From: Gammaproteobacteria bacterium
Lineage (GTDB): Bacteria; Pseudomonadota; Gammaproteobacteria; UBA4575
Direction of reading: 5' to 3'
Assembly: GCA_965243395.1 (NCBI GenBank)
Contig: CBDEUS010000001.1
Coordinates: 1,215,211 to 1,279,210 of the forward strand
DNA: 64,000 nucleotides
The translations under genes were made by a program, and so were the position numbers. The notes under the pieces were generated by a model. It was not told where the DNA came from. It made no database searches and was given only the letters and a program-made list of their open reading frames with translations. Shown here one piece after another: positions 1-9,583 of the stretch. Every line of letters starts with the position of its first letter. Position 1 is the stretch's first letter.

Positions 1-645
1 TTTTTCTAATTGCATAAACAATCGTTCGCCATGTGCGCTAGATTCAACCATATTGCTTAATATATGAAATTTTTGATTAACGCTTTTTTTGCTTAATACT
101 TTTATCATTGCATAAGCATCAGCGATTGAGGCAGGTTCGTCACATACAACGACCAAGATATTATTGGCTAAATGACTAAATAATGAAACATCATCACTTA
201 TACCGGCAGCAGTATCGATAATGAAATAATTAAGCAAAGGATTAAGTTCTGCAATCGAATCAATTATTCCCATATGCTGACGGGCATCTAAGTTTGCCAT
301 CTCCTTAACACCAGAAGCAGAAGGAATAATTTGTATGCCTCGCGGGCCAGTAATTACTATGTCTTCAACTCTACATTCATTTTTTAAAACATTATGTAAT
401 GTTTTTCTTGCACGAAGACCTAACATTACATCAACATTTGATAAGCCGAAATCAGCATCTAATAACATTACTTTATTATTTAGATCCGCAAGAGCAATTG
501 CTAAATTAATTGCTACATTCGTCTTGCCTACTCCACCTTTCCCACCTGTTATCGCTAAAACATTAACTTCGTCAATAGTATTTATTCTTCTCAGCGAAGA
601 AGCCTGATCAATAGGTGTTACATTTTCGTTAACTTGTTCAAACAT
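1..645 (-). CDS. flhG: MinD/ParA-like ATPase FlhG/FleN (runs off the left edge; not in the ORF track)
   Basis: Manual translation from ATG at 645 gives MFEQVNENVTPIDQASSLRR...LAITGGKGGVGKTN...LLDADFGLSNVDVMLGL, with a deviant Walker A and the DQA motif; overlaps the flhF stop. Confidence 0.93.
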   Translation of the reverse strand, partial: MFEQVNENVTPIDQASSLRRINTIDEVNVLAITGGKGGVGKTNVAINLAIALADLNNKVMLLDADFGLSNVDVMLGLRARKTLHNVLKNECRVEDIVITGPRGIQIIPSASGVKEMANLDARQHMGIIDSIAELNPLLNYFIIDTAAGISDDVSLFSHLANNILVVVCDEPASIADAYAMIKVLSKKSVNQKFHILSNMVESSAHGERLFMQLEK

Positions 646-1825
646 TTTTTATAAGCTCGCTATATAATTCAGTTGAGTGTATAGATTCCATACTTCCAAA
701 TCTTTCACCCAAAACTAACGCTTTAGTTAATATTTGTTCTTGATTTGGTCGAGCAATATCTTCTGGTACTCTTTGTCCAGTAGTCTCATAAGCTATTGGC
801 AAATTTTGCTCGATTAGCGAAGTCAAAATCCCTCCAATCTGCGATGCCTCATCAGTTTTACTCATTACTACGCCATTAAGATTGTCTGACATAAAATTAT
901 TTATAACTTCTTTTTGGACGCACAGCTGAGTATTAGCAGAGACAACTAAATAAGTAGTTAAATCTTTAGATAACTTGCTTAATGCTTGCATGATTTCTTT
1001 TATACGCGTATCACGTTGGCTCAAGCCAGCAGTATCTATCAAAACAAGCTTTTTATTTTTTACAACATTAAGTGCTTTACGAAGCTCCGGCTCATTGTTA
1101 GCTATAACTACCGGAACATTTAGTATGCTCCCATATATGCTTATTTGATCATGAGCTCCAATTCTAAAATGATCTGTACTGATAATCGCAATATCGCTAT
1201 TACTGTTTTGCATAGCATATTGAGCTGCGATCTTCGCAATAGTAGTTGTTTTACCAACACCAGTAGGTCCAACTAAAGCAACCATTCCGCCTTCATTAAT
1301 AATATTTTCTTGAGTAATAGAAATATTTCTTTTTAAATCTTTTTCTATTTCGTTCCATGCATGATTAAAATCTTTTATTTTTTTCACATTCCCTAATAGT
1401 TTTTTACTCAGATTAAAACCAAACCCACATATAGATAACTTTTGCAACAACTTTCTTGATGCTGTGTTTTGTGCTATGAGCTTTCTCCAACTTATAAGCT
1501 CGGTTTGTGATTCAATCATTGCGCGTAATTGACTTATTTCATTTTGTAAACCAACCGCGTCATTTACAGAGATACTTTTTTCAGTCATTTTGCTTTGTTT
1601 AATTTCTGAATTAGAATGTTGCACAGCTTGTGAACTATCGCCATGTGTTTCAATGTTTGATACAAAATCACTATTTGCAACCGCTTCATAGTCGGTTGCG
1701 GCAACGACTTCAACCCCACTTAAACTTTGGTTAGATGAAATGATTACTGCATCTTCCCCTAATTTTTCACGGATCTTTTGTAATGCTGCATGCATATTTT
1801 TTTCATGAAATCGTTTCATATTCAT
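638..1825 (-). CDS. flhF: SRP-family GTPase FlhF
   Basis: GPTGVGKTTTIAK, DHFRIGA, DTAG, GQRVPED; N-terminal 'REKLGEDAVIIS'. Confidence 0.97.
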   Translation of the reverse strand: MNMKRFHEKNMHAALQKIREKLGEDAVIISSNQSLSGVEVVAATDYEAVANSDFVSNIETHGDSSQAVQHSNSEIKQSKMTEKSISVNDAVGLQNEISQLRAMIESQTELISWRKLIAQNTASRKLLQKLSICGFGFNLSKKLLGNVKKIKDFNHAWNEIEKDLKRNISITQENIINEGGMVALVGPTGVGKTTTIAKIAAQYAMQNSNSDIAIISTDHFRIGAHDQISIYGSILNVPVVIANNEPELRKALNVVKNKKLVLIDTAGLSQRDTRIKEIMQALSKLSKDLTTYLVVSANTQLCVQKEVINNFMSDNLNGVVMSKTDEASQIGGILTSLIEQNLPIAYETTGQRVPEDIARPNQEQILTKALVLGERFGSMESIHSTELYSELIKNV

Positions 1826-1868
1826 ATTTTTTACCTTTAATTCTTTAACTAATTTATATTCAATTTAG

Positions 1869-3983
1869 TTAAGCTGCACTTGCAGGCAATTGTTGTATAT
1901 CATCATGCTGGTCACCAACACTTGCTATGATATTGATTCTTTTACTTTCTGGTATTTCATCAAAAGATAAAATATGCAAATTTTTAACACTGGTTTTAAA
2001 TAATTTAGACAACATAATGCGCAAACCACTAGTGACTAAAAGTACAGGTGGCAATCCTACTGCCTCTTGTTGCTCCGCTAACTCTCGTACTGAATCTTGC
2101 ATTTTTTCAGCTAATGTCGGTTCTAAAGCAAAATAACTTTCGGGTCCTTCATGTATAGTCTTTTGCAATAACTGTTCCAACTTTGGTGACAGCGTAAAAA
2201 CAGACAAATCTTTACGCATGCCATTGATTTCTTGGACAATTGCCCTTCTCAATGCAACTCGAACAATCGCGGTTAAGGCGTCAGTATTTTGGCTAGTGTT
2301 TGCCGCTTCCGCCAAAGTTTCAACAATCGTTCGTATATCTCTAATCGGAACACCTTCTTGCAATAGATTTTGCATAACCTTAACTATTGCACTCATGGGC
2401 AAGGTTTTCGGCACAAGATCTTCTACTAGTTGCGGAGAACGCTCTGCTAATTTATCCAAGAGCTGTTTAGTTTCGTCATAACCTAAGAAGTAATGGGCGC
2501 TTTCACGTAATATTTTGCTAAGGTGAGTAGCAACCACAGTACTAGGATCTACAACGGTATAACCTAATGTCTGTGCTTGATCGCGTTGGCTAGGCTCAAT
2601 CCAAATCGCTTCCATCTCAAATGCAGGATCTTTAGTTACGATACCTTCTATCTTGCCGTTTACATTACCCGGATTAATGGCTAGCTCTCGCTCAGGATAA
2701 ATCTCACCTTCACCTTCAGTTACTCCTTGAATCACAATGCGGTAATTATTTGCCGGCAAATCTAGATTATCGCGAATATGCACAGGTTGAAGTAGGAAAC
2801 CAAGGTCTTGTGAAACTTTTTTACGCACACCTTTTATGCGCCCTATAAGTTCACCTTGCTGTTCTTTATCAACTAGTGAGATAAGCCGATAGCCTACTTC
2901 CAATCGAATAACATCAACGCTCTGCATATCACTCCAACCCAATTCAACATCCTCTGGTACCGTTTCTGTTTCTTCATCTATTTCAGGCTCAGTGCCTTCT
3001 TCTTCCTGTGATTTATTTAACGTAATTCGTGAGAAAATAACGCAAATACCTGCAATCGTTAAAAACACAACATTTGGCATACCTGGAATTAAACCCATAC
3101 CACCAATAATTGCTGCCGTAACAGTCCATACGCGTTTGTCACTGAAAACTTGGTTTACGACGGTATCACCCATATTCTGAGATGCAGAAACACGTGTAAC
3201 AATAATTGCTGTAGCAGTGGACAATAGTAATGATGGAATTTGTGCAACTAAACCATCACCGATGGATAACAATAAATAGTTTTGCGTAGCAACACTGAAA
3301 CTTAAATTATGCTGACCTATACCCACTGCTAAGCCACCAATAATATTTATAAAAATGATTAAAACGCCTGCAATTGCATCACCACGAACAAACTTGCTTG
3401 CGCCATCCATAGAACCATAAAAATCAGCTTCCCTCGAAATATCTTCTCTTCTTCGCAAAGCCTCTTCTTGAGAAATTAATCCAGAATTTAAATCTGCATC
3501 AATTGCCATTTGCTTACCGGGCATCGCATCCAAAGTGAATCGTGCACTCACTTCCGACACACGTCCTGCGCCTTTAGTCACCACTACAAAATTGATGATG
3601 ACTAAGATAGCAAACACAACAAAGCCTACGGCATAGTTACCTCCAACGACAAAGTTCCCAAATGATTCAATAACATTACCTGCTGCGCCCGTACCAGTAT
3701 GACCGTGTAACAACACCACACGCGTAGATGCAACGTTAAGCGCCAAACGCAACATTGTTGCTATAAGAAGTACTGTAGGAAACACTGCAAAATCAAGTGG
3801 CCTCAAAGTGTAAATGCTCACTAAAATAATGATCAATGCCAGTGCAATATTAAAAGTAAATGCAAGATCTAATGCGAAGGGTGGTAATGGCACAATCATC
3901 ATGCTAAACATCATGACCACTAATAGTGGTGTGCCAAGACCATTTTTAGTGAATTCTCTGAAGGTATTTAAAACATTATCCAC
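1869..3983 (-). CDS. flhA: Flagellar export gate protein FlhA
   Basis: FHIPEP motifs RVSEVSARFTLDAMPGKQMAIDADL and FYGSMDGASKFVRGDAIAG. Confidence 0.98.
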   Translation of the reverse strand: MDNVLNTFREFTKNGLGTPLLVVMMFSMMIVPLPPFALDLAFTFNIALALIIILVSIYTLRPLDFAVFPTVLLIATMLRLALNVASTRVVLLHGHTGTGAAGNVIESFGNFVVGGNYAVGFVVFAILVIINFVVVTKGAGRVSEVSARFTLDAMPGKQMAIDADLNSGLISQEEALRRREDISREADFYGSMDGASKFVRGDAIAGVLIIFINIIGGLAVGIGQHNLSFSVATQNYLLLSIGDGLVAQIPSLLLSTATAIIVTRVSASQNMGDTVVNQVFSDKRVWTVTAAIIGGMGLIPGMPNVVFLTIAGICVIFSRITLNKSQEEEGTEPEIDEETETVPEDVELGWSDMQSVDVIRLEVGYRLISLVDKEQQGELIGRIKGVRKKVSQDLGFLLQPVHIRDNLDLPANNYRIVIQGVTEGEGEIYPERELAINPGNVNGKIEGIVTKDPAFEMEAIWIEPSQRDQAQTLGYTVVDPSTVVATHLSKILRESAHYFLGYDETKQLLDKLAERSPQLVEDLVPKTLPMSAIVKVMQNLLQEGVPIRDIRTIVETLAEAANTSQNTDALTAIVRVALRRAIVQEINGMRKDLSVFTLSPKLEQLLQKTIHEGPESYFALEPTLAEKMQDSVRELAEQQEAVGLPPVLLVTSGLRIMLSKLFKTSVKNLHILSFDEIPESKRINIIASVGDQHDDIQQLPASAA

Positions 3984-4000
3984 TTTACTATCGTCCTTAA

Positions 4001-5128
4001 TTAGTTCGTCCTAAATTCATTTGGAATTTCTAATTCATCTGGAGGGTTTGGATAATTTCCAGGAACAGCATTCTTAAGCTGAAACACATATGCCAAAACT
4101 TTTGCTACAGAAATATATAAACCTGAAGGTATTTCTTTATCGACTTCTGTACTGTAATAAACTGCTCTGGCGAGTGCCGGTGCACAATACACACTTACTT
4201 CATTATTTAACGCAATCTCTTTAATTTTCTCAGCTACAAAATCGATGCCTTTTGCAACCACTATAGGAGCACTTGACATATCCGCATCATATTTAAGAGC
4301 TACAGCAAAATGTGTTGGATTTGTTATTACTACATCAGCATCAGGAACTGCTTCCATCATCCTCTTCTGTGCAAGTTCTCTTTGTAAATTACGTAAACGA
4401 CCTTTATTCTCAGGATTTCCCTCTGTCTCCTTAAATTCGTCTTTGACTTCTTGCAATGACATACGTAATTGCTTTTTGTGTTGCCAAAACTGATATGGCG
4501 CATCAACGAGTGCTACTATTATTAAACCAGCTGAAGAAACAGTAAAAATTATCAATAATAATTTATACGCATGAGCAATACTTTCTTGTGTTGGTTCAAA
4601 TCCTAAATTTAAAATTTCTGTAATAAAAACATTGAGCAACAAGTAAACAATGGAACCGATCAACGCAACTTTTAACAATGCTTTTACAAGTTCTACAAGG
4701 CCCTTCAAGCCAAACATGCGTTTCAAACCAGAAAGAGGGTTCATACGATTCATTTTGAATGCCATCGCACTTAACGAAAATGACATACCACCAATAAGCA
4801 TAGGGCCAAATAAAGCTACTATAAACATCAAAACTAAATATGGAGTAATCCCAACTAAGGCATGCATACCACTCTCAGTAAAATGTGGAATAAGATAACT
4901 CTTATCCATAATATGAGAAATTGGTAATTGAAAATTATGCAAGAATATTCCATGCAAATGTTGCGCAATGTATTCTGTTGTAAATATCAATCCAATCGCA
5001 CCAATAAAAGTTACTAACATGGTGTTTAATTCACGAGACCTTGGAATTTGACCTTTTTTACGTGCATCTTGAAGCCGTTTCTGCGTAGGCTCCTGAGTTT
5101 TATCATATTGTGAATTTTGATCGGCCAT
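4001..5128 (-). CDS. flhB: Flagellar export switch protein FlhB
   Basis: NPTH autocleavage site; N-terminal KTQEPT...KGQIPRSREL. Confidence 0.98.
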   Translation of the reverse strand: MADQNSQYDKTQEPTQKRLQDARKKGQIPRSRELNTMLVTFIGAIGLIFTTEYIAQHLHGIFLHNFQLPISHIMDKSYLIPHFTESGMHALVGITPYLVLMFIVALFGPMLIGGMSFSLSAMAFKMNRMNPLSGLKRMFGLKGLVELVKALLKVALIGSIVYLLLNVFITEILNLGFEPTQESIAHAYKLLLIIFTVSSAGLIIVALVDAPYQFWQHKKQLRMSLQEVKDEFKETEGNPENKGRLRNLQRELAQKRMMEAVPDADVVITNPTHFAVALKYDADMSSAPIVVAKGIDFVAEKIKEIALNNEVSVYCAPALARAVYYSTEVDKEIPSGLYISVAKVLAYVFQLKNAVPGNYPNPPDELEIPNEFRTN

Positions 5129-5135
5129 TTTTTAA

Positions 5136-5903
5136 TTAGTTGATTAATGGCATTTGCTCAAATGCATTATTTAATAAATTCTGAAATACAGTCGTAATAC
5201 TCGGTAGAGTTAACGCAATTACTGCAAGTCCAAGCATGATTGTGATTGGAAAACCCACTGAAAAAACATTTAATTGAGGAGCTGCACGTGTCATCAATGC
5301 TAGAGCTGAATTTGCAACCAGTAACGCGGTTATTGCTGGTATAGCCACCATCAGCGCCCCTGAAAACATATTCGTCCCCCAACTAACTACATCCCATATA
5401 GCTGTTTGAAATTCAAATGTGTAACCAACCGGAATATAAGTAAAGCTATCAAATAGCATGTTTATTAATGCTAAATGTCCATCAAGAGCCAAAAATATTA
5501 ATGTTGCAGTTATTGTTAAAAACTGGCTAACAATAGGTACTGTAACTCCATTCACAGGATCAGTGATTTGTGCAAAACCAAGTCCCATTGTCACAGCAAT
5601 ATTTTCGCCTGCTATTGTAAGTGCTGAAAAAACTAAACGTAAAATAAAACCCATCAACAGACCAATTAACAAATTAATGCCGATCTGAATAAACCCAGCG
5701 GATGAAAATAACTCAATCGTCTGAGTTTGTTCTAATAGCGGTACGATAAATATTGTAATTACAGAAGCTATTGCTATTTTTATTCTGGTAGGTAAAAAAG
5801 GACTACTTAGGACTGGTGCTACCGAAAATAATGCTGCGACACGCGTAAATGGCATTATAAATTGATGCAGGTTCGCCAATATTTCGTTTAATTGAAAGAA
5901 CAT
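5136..5903 (-). CDS. fliR: FliR
   Basis: Hydrophobic; MGLGFA..DP, RAAPQLNVFSVGFP. Confidence 0.96.
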   Translation of the reverse strand: MFFQLNEILANLHQFIMPFTRVAALFSVAPVLSSPFLPTRIKIAIASVITIFIVPLLEQTQTIELFSSAGFIQIGINLLIGLLMGFILRLVFSALTIAGENIAVTMGLGFAQITDPVNGVTVPIVSQFLTITATLIFLALDGHLALINMLFDSFTYIPVGYTFEFQTAIWDVVSWGTNMFSGALMVAIPAITALLVANSALALMTRAAPQLNVFSVGFPITIMLGLAVIALTLPSITTVFQNLLNNAFEQMPLIN

Positions 5904-5924
5904 ATGGAATTTCTTGACACAATC

Positions 5925-6194
5925 TTAAATAAGAAAGTTTGGGATATTAGTTATTAAGTTCGTAACGTAGTTAACCAATGTTTTTAACATCCAAGGCCCT
6001 GCAAACAACAACGCGAGAAAAAGTACAATAAGCTTTGGAATAAAACTCAGTGTCATCTCATTAATTTGTGTAGCAGCTTGTATCATTCCGACAAATACAC
6101 CGATTACTAACACTGAAATCAGCAATGGTGCTGAGATGATTACTGTTATCCATAAGGCATTGTTTAATAATGTCAATGTTGCTTCAGAGGTCAT
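5925..6194 (-). CDS. fliQ: FliQ (probable start ATG at 6194)
   Basis: QAATQINEMTLSFIPK; the ATG at 6194 gives 89 aa and avoids overlap with fliP. Confidence 0.95.
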   Translation of the reverse strand: MTSEATLTLLNNALWITVIISAPLLISVLVIGVFVGMIQAATQINEMTLSFIPKLIVLFLALLFAGPWMLKTLVNYVTNLITNIPNFLI

Positions 6195-6205
6195 ACAAAT
6201 TCCCT

Positions 6206-6946
6206 TTATACAATATAAAAACTCGAAGCTAGCATTCCTAATACTAGCGACCACCCATCAACCAGTACAAATAACATTAGTTTAAATGGTAACGAGATAA
6301 TTAAAGGCGATAACATCATCATACCCATCGACATTAATACGCTGGCAACGACTAAATCGATAATCAAAAAAGGAATAAACAAAATAAATCCTATTTGAAA
6401 AGCTGTCTTTAACTCACTTGTAATAAACGCAGGTAATAAAACTGACATTGATATATCTTCAGGTTTTTCAATTTCTGCCCCACCAGAAAGCTCCACAAAT
6501 AGAGAAACATCATTCTCTCGCGTTTGTGCAATCATAAATTTCTTTATTGGATCTATAGCATTGTGAACTGCCGTCTGTGCATCGATATCCTCAGAAATAT
6601 ATGGTTGGAGTGAGTTCGTATAGACCTCGGTTAAGACAGGAGTCATAACAAAAAATGTTATAAATAATGCCAATCCGAGCAATATTTGATTAGATGGTGT
6701 TTGAGCTGTTCCTAATGCTTGTCTCAATATTGCTAAAACAATGATAATGCGTGTAAACGAGGTCATAGTGAGTAGCAGACCTGGTAACAACGTGATAACT
6801 GTCATCAATACCAGCACTTGTAAACTCAACGAGTATGATTTACCCCCACTATCAGTAGACTCTATTGTTAATGCGGGTAACCCAGATTCAGCGAACACAT
6901 CTGGCGCAATCATGAAAATAAAAGCTATTAAAATGTATTTAAGCAT
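6206..6946 (-). CDS. fliP: FliP
   Basis: [40 protein letters not shown]. Confidence 0.98.
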   Translation of the reverse strand: MLKYILIAFIFMIAPDVFAESGLPALTIESTDSGGKSYSLSLQVLVLMTVITLLPGLLLTMTSFTRIIIVLAILRQALGTAQTPSNQILLGLALFITFFVMTPVLTEVYTNSLQPYISEDIDAQTAVHNAIDPIKKFMIAQTRENDVSLFVELSGGAEIEKPEDISMSVLLPAFITSELKTAFQIGFILFIPFLIIDLVVASVLMSMGMMMLSPLIISLPFKLMLFVLVDGWSLVLGMLASSFYIV

Positions 6947-7397
6947 TTCGATGTTTGCCTACTATATTCATTAATACATTTGCAAAGTCATTCGATTTAA
7001 TATTTTTTTCAGAGGTTATTTTATGAATGTAATCATTATCCAAAACGTGTAACTTCCTTATTCCTGTGTTGGATACCCCCAATAACAAATACTCCTTCCC
7101 TATTTTGGCAATAAGTAATTTATCTCTTGAGTTAATAGCATAGTTATAGACAATATCGATAAGACCCGTGTTGTCTGGGTTGCTTAAATTCGATTTCTTT
7201 ACTAAAAACAAACCAACAACGACTAGTATTATTAAAAATAATACTGCGTAGATAATTTGTTCATAATCAATTACGGGCTTCCCGAAACTATCAGCAAACT
7301 GCTCACCGGAGAGCTCTTGTGAATAGGAATTTGTTGTTATTAAGAGCAATATAATCAGATGTAAACCTGATATTGCTATCTTTGAATATCTATTCAT
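6939..7397 (-). CDS. fliO: FliO
   Basis: Lies between fliN and fliP; TM segment followed by '[18 protein letters not shown]'. Confidence 0.8.
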   Translation of the reverse strand: MNRYSKIAISGLHLIILLLITTNSYSQELSGEQFADSFGKPVIDYEQIIYAVLFLIILVVVGLFLVKKSNLSNPDNTGLIDIVYNYAINSRDKLLIAKIGKEYLLLGVSNTGIRKLHVLDNDYIHKITSEKNIKSNDFANVLMNIVGKHRNA

Positions 7398-7754
7398 TTA
7401 ATTTGGCTTATTCTTTAGCTTCTCAACACGCTTCTCTGGACTTACAATGCTTGTTACACGCGCACCAAATTTATTATCAACTACGACTACTTCTGCTTTC
7501 GCAACAAGTTTCCCATTCACTAATACATCTACTGGTTCATCAACTAATCGATTTAGCTCAATAACGGATCCTTGGCTCAATTCAATCAAGCTTTCTAAAT
7601 CTACTGTTGCACGCCCAAGTTCGAGCGAAACATCTACAGGAATGTTTAAGACAACATCCAAATTATTTACGCCAGGCAACGCTTTTGCGGGCACATCATT
7701 GGATTGTCCTGCTTGTGCAGCATCGGTCTGTTCGTTTATTTGCTCATCACTCAT
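7398..7754 (-). CDS. fliN: C-ring protein FliN
   Basis: SpoA domain IPVDVSLELG...GSVIEL...VLVNGKLVAKAEVVVV. Confidence 0.96.
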   Translation of the reverse strand: MSDEQINEQTDAAQAGQSNDVPAKALPGVNNLDVVLNIPVDVSLELGRATVDLESLIELSQGSVIELNRLVDEPVDVLVNGKLVAKAEVVVVDNKFGARVTSIVSPEKRVEKLKNKPN

Positions 7755-7773
7755 ATTTCTACCTTAATAAAAT

Positions 7774-8892
7774 TTAGCTTTTATTGTTTTTAATCCATGA
7801 ATTAATACTTACTGCAACAGAATCATTAACTGATCCTATCTTGCCAGTGAAAATTGGGGTTGTGCTTGAGTACACGGTGACTGAATCAGGCATAGAAAAT
7901 GGAATTACGTCACCTGTCTTAAGCTTAATAACTTCATCGACTGTGAGATTAAATTCTGTGAGAACAGTATTTAATTCAATAGGTGCTGCTTTGACACTGT
8001 TAAAAAGCTGCTTTTTCCATTGCATATCAGCTTCACTATCTTGTGCAGGAACCATACTTCTTAGGCTATGCTTTATTGGCTCCAGTGCTTTATATGGATA
8101 CGCTATCCTTATATAACTAGCTTCTTCATTTAAGGAAATTTTAAACTGAGATATGACAACAAGATCAGATTCATCTATCAAATTTATAAGTTTCGGTTGC
8201 AATTCTCTCTGTACAAATTGAAACTCTAGTGGTTCTGTTTTCTCCCACGCATTTTTATTCGCTTGCAGGAAAATTTCTAACATTTTATTGCTTAAATTTA
8301 TTTCTGTTCCTGTAAATGTCTGTTTCTCATTTATATCGCCTAACTTTCCTTCGCCTCCAAAATATGAATCCATAATGATTTCAATAAGTGCGCCATCTAT
8401 ACAAACTAATGCCTGTGCATCAATTTTGCTAACATTAATAATGGTTGTATCTGTAAGAGTTGGTAACGAATAAATAAAATCACTATATCGATTTATTTCG
8501 ATATCATTTACTGTTACCTCTATTTCTCTTTGTAATAGGTTCGTAAAATCTTCGCTAATAATTTCAATTATCTTTTCATTGATAATCGCTAAAGCTGGAA
8601 GACTAGACTTATTTATATGCGCAGGCGAATAAAAGTCATAAGTCATTACACCGGCTTCATCCGTTAATTCTTCAACATCACCTGATAATGCTTCGCGTTC
8701 TTCAGGACTCAGTACTTCATCATCATTCTTTTCTGTATCACTCCAAGGGCGATCTTTTGAGCGTCGCTCCTCCCCATCCCACTCACCATCACTATTTTTT
8801 GCATGCTCTTTTTTTGTTTCGTTAGAATCATCAGTCTTAAGGTCTTTTTCACCTTCTGGCTCTTGATTAGCTTGTTCTTCGGCAGTACTCAT
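7774..8892 (-). CDS. fliM: C-ring protein FliM with an extra ~55-aa N-terminal extension
   Basis: Variant CheY-binding peptide VLSPEEREALS at about residue 60; YDF motif; C-terminal SpoA domain (LKTGDVIP). Confidence 0.93.
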   Translation of the reverse strand: MSTAEEQANQEPEGEKDLKTDDSNETKKEHAKNSDGEWDGEERRSKDRPWSDTEKNDDEVLSPEEREALSGDVEELTDEAGVMTYDFYSPAHINKSSLPALAIINEKIIEIISEDFTNLLQREIEVTVNDIEINRYSDFIYSLPTLTDTTIINVSKIDAQALVCIDGALIEIIMDSYFGGEGKLGDINEKQTFTGTEINLSNKMLEIFLQANKNAWEKTEPLEFQFVQRELQPKLINLIDESDLVVISQFKISLNEEASYIRIAYPYKALEPIKHSLRSMVPAQDSEADMQWKKQLFNSVKAAPIELNTVLTEFNLTVDEVIKLKTGDVIPFSMPDSVTVYSSTTPIFTGKIGSVNDSVAVSINSWIKNNKS

Positions 8893-8916
8893 GATGATTT
8901 TTTAGGATATTTACTT

Positions 8917-9378
8917 TTATTGCATTACAAGCTTAGTAAAATAAATATCTTCTACTAAATTCTCCCCGTAAATATCCTGCATTACTGACTGAGCAGTCAT
9001 AAGTGCATCTTTTCGCAATTTCTCTTTTGACTCCATCGTAGACAACTCATCACTATTTCTTCCAGACATAAGCATAAGTAAGTTATTACGCACAACTGGC
9101 ATATGCATTTTGAATTGATCTCTTGCTTGCATGTCATAGAATTTTGCGACCATGTAGACCTGCATAAATTTTTTCTTTGAGTCATCATTGAAATTCACAG
9201 TGAATGCTGGGTGCAAATCTTCATAAATGGCTTCTTTAACCTCTTGTTCCATTTCTTCTTCTGCAATCATCTCTTCACCATCAGGTGTTTCCGGTGACTT
9301 CAGAAAAAACATTGCACCACCAATACCTGCACCTACTAATACAATTCCCGCAACCGCAAAAATAATAATTTTTTTCAT
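8917..9378 (-). CDS. fliL: FliL
   Basis: N-terminal TM; FTVN, HMPVVRNNLL, VEDIYFTKLVMQ. Confidence 0.93.
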   Translation of the reverse strand: MKKIIIFAVAGIVLVGAGIGGAMFFLKSPETPDGEEMIAEEEMEQEVKEAIYEDLHPAFTVNFNDDSKKKFMQVYMVAKFYDMQARDQFKMHMPVVRNNLLMLMSGRNSDELSTMESKEKLRKDALMTAQSVMQDIYGENLVEDIYFTKLVMQ

Positions 9379-9421
9379 TTGTAAACCTTCATATCAGAAA
9401 CGTTTATTCACATTTAACTTT

Positions 9422-9437
9422 TGCAACCAACGTGCCA
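9422..9437 (-). promoter_or_regulatory. sigma54 promoter of the fliL-flhG operon
   Basis: TGGCAC-GTTGG-TTGCA, a perfect -24/-12 consensus, 43 bp upstream of fliL. Confidence 0.9.
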
Positions 9438-9497
9438 ACTTTTCATAGTCATTTAAGACTATAAATTTCAAGCACTTATATGGAGTGTTATTAAAAA

Positions 9498-9511
9498 GCC
9501 AATAAATTGAC
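9498..9511. promoter_or_regulatory. Putative FleQ box (enhancer for the fliL promoter)
   Basis: GCCAATAAATTGAC, one mismatch to the Pseudomonas FleQ consensus GTCAATAAATTGAC; a second partial site GTCAAAGATTTG starts at 9541. Confidence 0.6.
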
Positions 9512-9583
9512 TAAAAGAATTGGAAACTATTTTGACTAGCGTCAAAGATTTGTACTTATTTGATTACAAACGATGTGAAACCC

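Noticed and set aside
335-607. 90-aa + strand ORF, and similar short antisense ORFs throughout the window
   Set aside because: They lie opposite well-conserved genes (here flhG) and show no recognisable motifs
6195-6254. N-terminal extension of the FliQ ORF (likewise FlgI, FlgM and the SBP)
   Set aside because: Longest-ORF artefacts; downstream ATGs give more typical lengths or remove overlaps
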